Made by a program: the position numbers and the translations under genes. Positions 45,719 to 51,670 of a stretch of 51,670 nt of DNA are shown piece after piece (the first letter of the stretch is position 1; each line of letters begins with the position of its first letter). The stretch lies in the NCBI GenBank assembly GCA_040260805.1, contig JBDQPD010000008.1, positions 1 to 51,670 on the forward strand, written 5' to 3'. This DNA is from Myxococcota bacterium. Its GTDB lineage: Bacteria; Myxococcota; UBA4151. Under the pieces are notes generated by a model. The model did no database searches. It worked only from the letters and a program-made list of their open reading frames with translations, and had not been told where the DNA came from.

Positions 45719-47023
45719 TTGAGTGAGGTGGTGAGCGCGTGGCTCGATCGTCGACTATTGATCTGCGTGGGTTTGTTTGTTGTTGCGGCGACAGCACATC
45801 TCCTGATCAGTCCGCCTTACGAGCTCCCTGATGAAGCCGGTCACACGATCTGTGCTCGTGAGTTGACCTGGTCTAGAGCGCTCGATCAAGCCACCTTTGG
45901 TCCGTACGTGACCCAGACCAACACCGGCCATCACCCGCCGCTTTACTATCTCCTCACGCACCCGCTCGCCGCCGCGGGAGGGCTGAGACCTGAAGCCCTA
46001 AAAGCCAACCCTAGGTTTCCACAAGATCCGCGTTTTTATGCCTCTCGAGGCGAATCAGTACCGGGTATGATGTGGTTGTACCTGTTGCGATTTTTAGGTC
46101 TGGTGATGGGCCTCGGTGTCGTGGCGCTGACCTTCGCGACGGCGAGGCGCATGCTGCCTGATCATCCGGGCGCGGTGTTGGTCGCCACGGCGTTGCCTGC
46201 GACCTTGCCCGGTTTTGTCCACCGCAGCGCGGCGGTCAGTAACGACGCCTTGACCAACCTCATCGCAGCAGCTTTTACCTTTTTACTGGTTCGCGCGGCT
46301 CTTGATCACCGCTTCCAGACACGTTCTGCCTTAGCCATAGGTGCCCTGATGGGGGCGGGTCTGCTGACCAAAGCGACGCTGCTGTTTAGCTTGCCGATTA
46401 TGGCGCTGGTGCCGCTGCTCTTTTGGTCGAGCGAGTGGCGCAAGCAAGCTCTGCGTTATGCGCTGGTCGCCATCGGCGCGGCGCTGTTGATCGGTGGCTG
46501 GTGGTATCTGCGTAATCAGCTGCTCTACGGCGACCTTGCGGCGCGCTCGCTGATCGTTGAACACCTCGCCACCAGTGACGCGATTCAAGAGCCTTTTTCG
46601 GTTAACTATTGGCTGCGGATTGTCGGCTGGCAGGTGGTCACGTTTATCTTGCGTCTGGGCTCTTACCTGCTGGCGCCACCTTGGTTTTATTTGGTCTATC
46701 TGGTGCTGTTTATCGTGCCTGCGCTCGCCGGTGTTCGGGCGCTGCGGTCAGCGGGGCTCACGATGCCACAAAGCGACCGTCAGCGGGCCTGGTGGCTGCT
46801 CGCTGCCGTCGCGATCACGCCGGTCCTCTTGCAGTGGATCAACCAACTCTCCATGTACAGCCCGAGCGGCCGCTTGTTGATGGTGGGGTTGGTCGGTATC
46901 GCCTGCGCTTTTGGCGCCGGCTGGAGGCGTTTCAGCGCCTCGCCGAACACTGCGTATGGAGTGCTCGGAGCGCTGACTTTAGGTTCTGTATTCTCGGTCG
47001 TCTGGAGCGCTGTTTATCTCTAG
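45719..47023 (+). CDS. GT-C fold membrane glycosyltransferase (GT39/DUF2142-like)
   Basis: PDE..H, HPPLYY, VSNDAL, LLTK, GWWYLRN, GRLL motifs; many TM helices. Confidence 0.75.
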   Translation: MSEVVSAWLDRRLLICVGLFVVAATAHLLISPPYELPDEAGHTICARELTWSRALDQATFGPYVTQTNTGHHPPLYYLLTHPLAAAGGLRPEALKANPRFPQDPRFYASRGESVPGMMWLYLLRFLGLVMGLGVVALTFATARRMLPDHPGAVLVATALPATLPGFVHRSAAVSNDALTNLIAAAFTFLLVRAALDHRFQTRSALAIGALMGAGLLTKATLLFSLPIMALVPLLFWSSEWRKQALRYALVAIGAALLIGGWWYLRNQLLYGDLAARSLIVEHLATSDAIQEPFSVNYWLRIVGWQVVTFILRLGSYLLAPPWFYLVYLVLFIVPALAGVRALRSAGLTMPQSDRQRAWWLLAAVAITPVLLQWINQLSMYSPSGRLLMVGLVGIACAFGAGWRRFSASPNTAYGVLGALTLGSVFSVVWSAVYL

Positions 47024-47063
47024 TGGGCTAGGCGTCGTTGACGTCGTGGCCCATCGAGCACGG

Positions 47064-48821
47064 TCAGGGCACGCAGCAAACAAGATCAAACAGGAAATAG
47101 GGAGGGTTGCGGTTCGCACCGCCTGTGCGACAGGTTTGGTTGCAGGTGCCTCCGCCGCCGTCATGAACGCTCTGATTGAAGCTGTTAACTCCGCCGTTCG
47201 GGCGCGTGTTGTGTGCGAGCGCTTGAGCCGAGAAGCCGATCGTGCCGCACACGACGTTCGCGACGCAACTCGCGTCACCACAGTTCGGTCCGGGCGCTGG
47301 TAATCGGTCGCGGTTGATCTGCCAGGTGTCGAACTGTTGGTCGCACACTTGGTTGCAGTCGCGCTGGACAAAGCTCCTGGCATCCACCGCGACCGATCCG
47401 CCTGGACACGGTCCCGACGAGCAGGAGTTTGGGCAGGCGTCATCATCGACTTGATTGCCGTCATCGCAGTCCTCGTTGGGACCGACGATCCCGTCACCGC
47501 AGACGGCGTCCTGGCAGGCGTTGGTGCAGGCGTCGGTGTTGACCCCGTTGGCGTCGTCGCAGGCTTCGACGCCCGCTTGGACAAAGCCATCACCGCATTG
47601 CGCGACGACGCAGCTGTTCAGGCACGCATCGGTCTGGTCGGCGTTGCCGTCGTCGCAAGCCTCGACGCCCTCTTGGATGTGCCCGTCACCGCAGCCCGCA
47701 GGTACGCAGGTGTTCAGGCACGCGTCGGTGTTGAGCTCGTTGCCGTCATCGCAGGCTTCGACACCTTCGGCGATGATGCCATCACCGCAGCGCGCCTCAA
47801 TGCAGCTGCTCAAGCAGCCATCGGTCTCGTCGTCGTTGCCGTCATCGCAAGCCTCTCGCCCCTCCCAAACCTGTCCGTCACCGCAGCTGCCGACGCGACA
47901 GCTGGTCAAGCATGCATCCGTTTGGGTGTCGTTGCCGTCGTCGCACTCTTCAAAACCCTCGGCGTCTGGCGCAAGGTCTTGGCGGGTGATCCCATCACCG
48001 CAGACGGCGAGCTGGCACACCCCAGTGCACGCGTCGCGCATCTCGGCGTTGCCATCATCGCAAGCTTCGACGCCCTCATGAACGACGCCGTCGCCGCAGC
48101 GCGCCGGCGCACATGAGCTCAGACAGGCGTCCGTCTCAAGGTCGTTGCCGTCATCGCAGAGCTCGGCGTCTTGCAGCACGCCATCGCCGCAGCTCGCCGG
48201 TTGGCAGTTGTTGCAGGCATCGGTTGGGTCGTCGTTGCCGTCATCGCAGCCCTCATTGGGACCTAAAACGCCATCGCCGCAACGCGCCAAGGCGCAGGTG
48301 TTGAGGCACGCATCGTCGTTGGCTTCATTGCCATCGTCGCATGCTTCAAAGCCGAGCTCGTCCTCGCTCAGGTCATTGCGTACATTGCCATCCCCGCAGC
48401 GCGCAGGCGTGCAGTCGCTCAGGCAGGCGTCCAAGTCGCTGTCGTTGCCGTCGTCGCAGGATTCGAACCCGAGCTCGCCCTCTGAGACGTCGCTGCGCAC
48501 CACGCCGTCGCCGCACAGCGCAATGGCGCAGCCGCTGGTGCAGCCGTCGTTGTCGTTGTCGTTGCCGTCATCGCAGCCTTCAAAGCCCTCGTCGTTGTTG
48601 GTGAGATCCGTGCGGGTGGTTCCATCACCGCAGGCAGCGACGGAGCACGCGTTGGTGCAACCGTCGGTGTTGACCGTGTTGCCGTCGTCGCAGGCCTCGC
48701 CGGCTTCTACCGAGCCGTTTCCACAGGTCGCTTCGGTCTCACGCACCACCACCTGCTCACTGCACGCAGCGAAGCCCAAGCCAATACACAGTAAGCCGCC
48801 GTAGAATGTCTTCGCTGTCAT
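47064..48821 (-). CDS. Lipoprotein with 13 Myxo Cys-rich repeats and an unrecognised Cys-rich head
   Basis: Lipobox FAAC; 13 CG(D/N)G..CDD(G/A)N units; C-terminal domain of about 110 aa ending DLVCCVP. Confidence 0.85.
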   Translation of the reverse strand: MTAKTFYGGLLCIGLGFAACSEQVVVRETEATCGNGSVEAGEACDDGNTVNTDGCTNACSVAACGDGTTRTDLTNNDEGFEGCDDGNDNDNDGCTSGCAIALCGDGVVRSDVSEGELGFESCDDGNDSDLDACLSDCTPARCGDGNVRNDLSEDELGFEACDDGNEANDDACLNTCALARCGDGVLGPNEGCDDGNDDPTDACNNCQPASCGDGVLQDAELCDDGNDLETDACLSSCAPARCGDGVVHEGVEACDDGNAEMRDACTGVCQLAVCGDGITRQDLAPDAEGFEECDDGNDTQTDACLTSCRVGSCGDGQVWEGREACDDGNDDETDGCLSSCIEARCGDGIIAEGVEACDDGNELNTDACLNTCVPAGCGDGHIQEGVEACDDGNADQTDACLNSCVVAQCGDGFVQAGVEACDDANGVNTDACTNACQDAVCGDGIVGPNEDCDDGNQVDDDACPNSCSSGPCPGGSVAVDARSFVQRDCNQVCDQQFDTWQINRDRLPAPGPNCGDASCVANVVCGTIGFSAQALAHNTRPNGGVNSFNQSVHDGGGGTCNQTCRTGGANRNPPYFLFDLVCCVP

Positions 48822-48888
48822 GAACCTTAAACTCCAAATCCATTATGCTAAAGCCGAGCGGTTTTTGTCGAGGGGTCGAAATGGCTAG

Positions 48889-48925
48889 AAAAAACAACAC
48901 GGAGCACCCTGTCGGATGCTCCGTG
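48889..48925 (-). terminator. Rho-independent terminator downstream of the alpha-2-macroglobulin gene
   Basis: Minus strand CACGGAGCATCC-GACA-GGGTGCTCCGTG followed by TTGTTTTTT. Confidence 0.8.
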
Positions 48926-48955
48926 GCTTCGACTGAGCTGAGACCCTGTCAGCGA

Positions 48956-51670
48956 CTAGGGCGTTACGGTCACCGAGCTGGACCCGGTGGTCACCGAATC
49001 ATCAGGGTTGTAGTAGCTGTAGGCGCGACTGGGCGGATGCTGCGCCGTGACCGGACGCGTCGCTTGCAAGCCGAAGCGCAAGCTGCGTTGTTCGCGCGGC
49101 TGCAGCCCCATCATGTAGAAGGTCACCATTCGGTCCGAGCGCTCAAAGCGCTGCACCGCGGCGCTGTCGACCAGCGCTTGCAGATCATCCACTAAAGCGA
49201 TCATGCCCGGCGCCATCGCCACGCTGACGATCACCTGATCCATGGCGCCTTCATCAAGGCGAGAGGACACGTTGGCGATCACTTGCACCATACCACCCAC
49301 ATCCAATTGGCTGCGGTCATAGGTCACATCCAAGCCGAGCGAGCCGACCTGAGCGGGTGGGGTGGTCCAGGGCTCATAGCGGGTGCCCACGACCTGATAC
49401 ATCAGCGTGCCTTCTCCGTTGAAGCTCAGGCTGATGTCCGCCGTGTCGGTCACCAGCTCTCGGTCACTCAGATCTAAGGTGTGGTGTACATCGGCGTTGC
49501 TCTCGTCGAGCACCACCTCGCTGATGACCTCGTCGCCAAGCATCACCTGAACGGTGCCGTTGGCGTTGGCTGTTGCGCCCAAAGCTGCGGTAGTGAGCGC
49601 ACGCAACGAGTTCATCGTCGCTTGCGTCGAGTACCAGTTACCGAAGGCATCTTTGGTGGCTGCCAAGAAGGTCAGACCATCAACCGCTGTGGCGCTGTGT
49701 TGGCCGGCGTCGAGCATCGCTTGCACGACCAGCCCGGTCATCTCCACCTCGCCTGGGGTGCCGCCGCCGCGAGCGCCGGTCCAGGTGTTGCCGTTGAATG
49801 CCCATTTTTGCTGCCCCTCACCGGCAGACTCACCCGCTTCGTTGAGACGATTGAGCAAGGTGGTCAGCAGGGCATCGTCTGGCGCCGCTGCGGCGAACAA
49901 ATTGGCCGCAAGCGCCACCGCATAGAGGTCATCCGTTTGCTCGATGTTTTGACGCAAGAAGCGTAAGGCGAGCTGGACCGAACTGCCCGCTTTGCCGTCA
50001 TGGTGGAGACCGGTTGCGATGTAGGCGGTCGCCCGAAGGACGTCTTCACCGAGCGCTTCGTTGCCTGCGTGCAGCGCATCGCCTGCAGGCCACGAGCCGT
50101 TGCCATCTTGCTGCTCAATCAACCAAGCGCGATGCCGATCTTCAACCGCAGCGTCGGTCTCGATAATGCCCTCAAGGTCTGCGAACTGCCAAAGGGCGAT
50201 CGCCGTAAGGAGCTTGTTGCCCGGATCGTTATCGCCCCACCAGTTGTAGCCGCCCGTGGGGGATTCAAAGGTCAAAATGCGCTGGTAACCTGAGCGGATC
50301 AGATCGACCGCACGATCCATTAACGCTGGATCATCTTGGCCGGTGGCGAGCAGGTACTTATAGACCATGATGTTGGGCCACGCGCTCGAGGTGGTTTGCT
50401 CAAAGCAGCCGCCAGGCATCTTGAGCATCGAGTCCATCCCCTCAACCGCTGAGGTGGCGAGACCAGGGTAGAGTTTGACCAACAGCTCATTAGCGCCTTC
50501 GACGCCCTCGGGCAGGACCATCGAGACGTTCGTAGGGGTGGCGCCAATGCGTCCGCCAGCGGTCTGAATATCGGCGTCGCCATCTGGTTTGACGCTGACC
50601 GTGCGGCGCACCGCGTCGGCTTCATCGCCAGCGACAGCGGTGACCTCAATCGAGATGTCCCCCACGCGGTCTGCGCGCAGAATGTAGGTGGCTCGTTTGA
50701 CCTCGCCGGGACCCAAGTCGACCACCTGCTCGGCTGAGCCGATCAAGGTCATACCTTCGACAGGCTCCAAGGTCAGACTCACGGTCTGGGTATCTTCTAA
50801 ATAGTTGTAAACGATCACCGGAACATGAACCTCGTCGCCGCGGGTCATGCTGACCGGTAGGTCAAGGTCGGCAAAGAAGGGCTGAAACACGACTAAGTCG
50901 CCTTCGCCGCTGCCGATGTGACCGCTCGCCGAGTTCGCTTGCGCTGCGATCTTCCAGGTGGTGATCGAGTCAGCGACTCGCAAGCCTTGCTCAGCGCTGC
51001 CGTCTTCATCGGTGATGATCATCGGCGCTGCGATCAGCGTCTCCGGGAACCAGCTGCGGACACGCGGCGCTGCGCCCGGTGCTTCGCCTCCACCTTCAGT
51101 TTCATCGACCGGCTCAGCATTCGGCGGATTGGCTTGACCGTTTTCAGGCATCCCACCAGCAGCCATGGCGTCCTCCTCGGCAAACCCTCGTGCTTGAGCG
51201 TTTTGCGGGATCGCCTCTTGAAGGTTGGCGGTGATCCGCAGATCATCGAGGGTTCCGAAGACCTCGTCGGCTCCGCCTGAGATCAAGGTGGCTTGCCAGT
51301 CGCCGATCTCGTGTTGATAAATTTTACCAAAGGGGTCGGCGCGCCCCACCATCATACGCTCCATGGCGTCTTCGTAGGTGTCAAAGTCCACTTCGCCGGC
51401 TTCCCAGCGAGTTTTTAGGGCAGCAACCAAGGCCGTGAGCTCACGCGTGACACGAGCCGTGACATGCACCTTAGCGGTGGCTTGGTCGATCACCTCGGAG
51501 TCTTGGTCGATGGTCGAGCCTGCGCCGCTCAAGCGGGCGAAGGCTGCCTCTGCGGTCATCTCGTCACGGCTCGAGAGCGCTCGGCTCACGCTGACCGAAG
51601 CCGCAGGGCTTTGATCGGCGCCCGGACGCAAGCCTAGATCGAAATAGGACTCGGACATGCCCGGCTTGGC
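48956..51670 (-). CDS. Alpha-2-macroglobulin family protein (5' end outside the window)
   Basis: RVRSWFPET, DSITTW, VFQPFF.DL.LP, RGDE...PV.VYNY, thioester motif GCFEQ, W.STQAT, YSYYNP. The frame appears open to the window edge. Confidence 0.92.
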   Translation of the reverse strand, partial: AKPGMSESYFDLGLRPGADQSPAASVSVSRALSSRDEMTAEAAFARLSGAGSTIDQDSEVIDQATAKVHVTARVTRELTALVAALKTRWEAGEVDFDTYEDAMERMMVGRADPFGKIYQHEIGDWQATLISGGADEVFGTLDDLRITANLQEAIPQNAQARGFAEEDAMAAGGMPENGQANPPNAEPVDETEGGGEAPGAAPRVRSWFPETLIAAPMIITDEDGSAEQGLRVADSITTWKIAAQANSASGHIGSGEGDLVVFQPFFADLDLPVSMTRGDEVHVPVIVYNYLEDTQTVSLTLEPVEGMTLIGSAEQVVDLGPGEVKRATYILRADRVGDISIEVTAVAGDEADAVRRTVSVKPDGDADIQTAGGRIGATPTNVSMVLPEGVEGANELLVKLYPGLATSAVEGMDSMLKMPGGCFEQTTSSAWPNIMVYKYLLATGQDDPALMDRAVDLIRSGYQRILTFESPTGGYNWWGDNDPGNKLLTAIALWQFADLEGIIETDAAVEDRHRAWLIEQQDGNGSWPAGDALHAGNEALGEDVLRATAYIATGLHHDGKAGSSVQLALRFLRQNIEQTDDLYAVALAANLFAAAAPDDALLTTLLNRLNEAGESAGEGQQKWAFNGNTWTGARGGGTPGEVEMTGLVVQAMLDAGQHSATAVDGLTFLAATKDAFGNWYSTQATMNSLRALTTAALGATANANGTVQVMLGDEVISEVVLDESNADVHHTLDLSDRELVTDTADISLSFNGEGTLMYQVVGTRYEPWTTPPAQVGSLGLDVTYDRSQLDVGGMVQVIANVSSRLDEGAMDQVIVSVAMAPGMIALVDDLQALVDSAAVQRFERSDRMVTFYMMGLQPREQRSLRFGLQATRPVTAQHPPSRAYSYYNPDDSVTTGSSSVTVTP

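Noticed and set aside
42614..48804. Many long overlapping and antisense ORFs over the Cys-rich repeat genes
   Set aside because: They are shadow frames of GC-rich repetitive codons (PSSQAS, MTAT and VAVVA patterns) with no independent protein features.

Overview
GC-rich, densely coding 51.7 kb window that looks like Myxococcota (Myxococcus-type CGDG/CDDGN cysteine-rich repeats, DAG linkers, PEGA proteins, alpha-2-macroglobulin). The taxon is inferred from protein style only. I see no rRNA, tRNA, CRISPR array, integrase or transposase. Contents: heme A synthase; a Pho-box-preceded phosphate uptake cluster (OprO/P porin, PstS, Na/Pi cotransporter, PhoU, with no pstCAB); lipid and amide hydrolases (PI-PLC, sphingosine-1-phosphate-lyase-like enzyme plus MlrC, pectinacetylesterase/Notum-like enzyme, two HlyIII proteins); a pentaheme cytochrome plus multicopper oxidase pair; and many modular surface lipoproteins. 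The most unusual signals: (1) two paralogous beta-helix/RCC1 lipoproteins share an invariant 30-aa block built from two decapeptides (17 of 30 codons differ, all synonymously), next to a POTRA-less Omp85 barrel and a MepA-like peptidase; (2) repeated, translationally coupled pairs of a fibrinogen-like-head lipoprotein and a PEGA/beta-barrel partner; (3) nucleotide-level scars of cassette shuffling between fibrinogen-like modules; (4) a c-type heme domain at the tip of a stalk of about 23 Cys-rich repeats; (5) a lipoprotein resembling coral skeletal matrix protein USOMP5. All family calls come from motif recognition; no database search was run.
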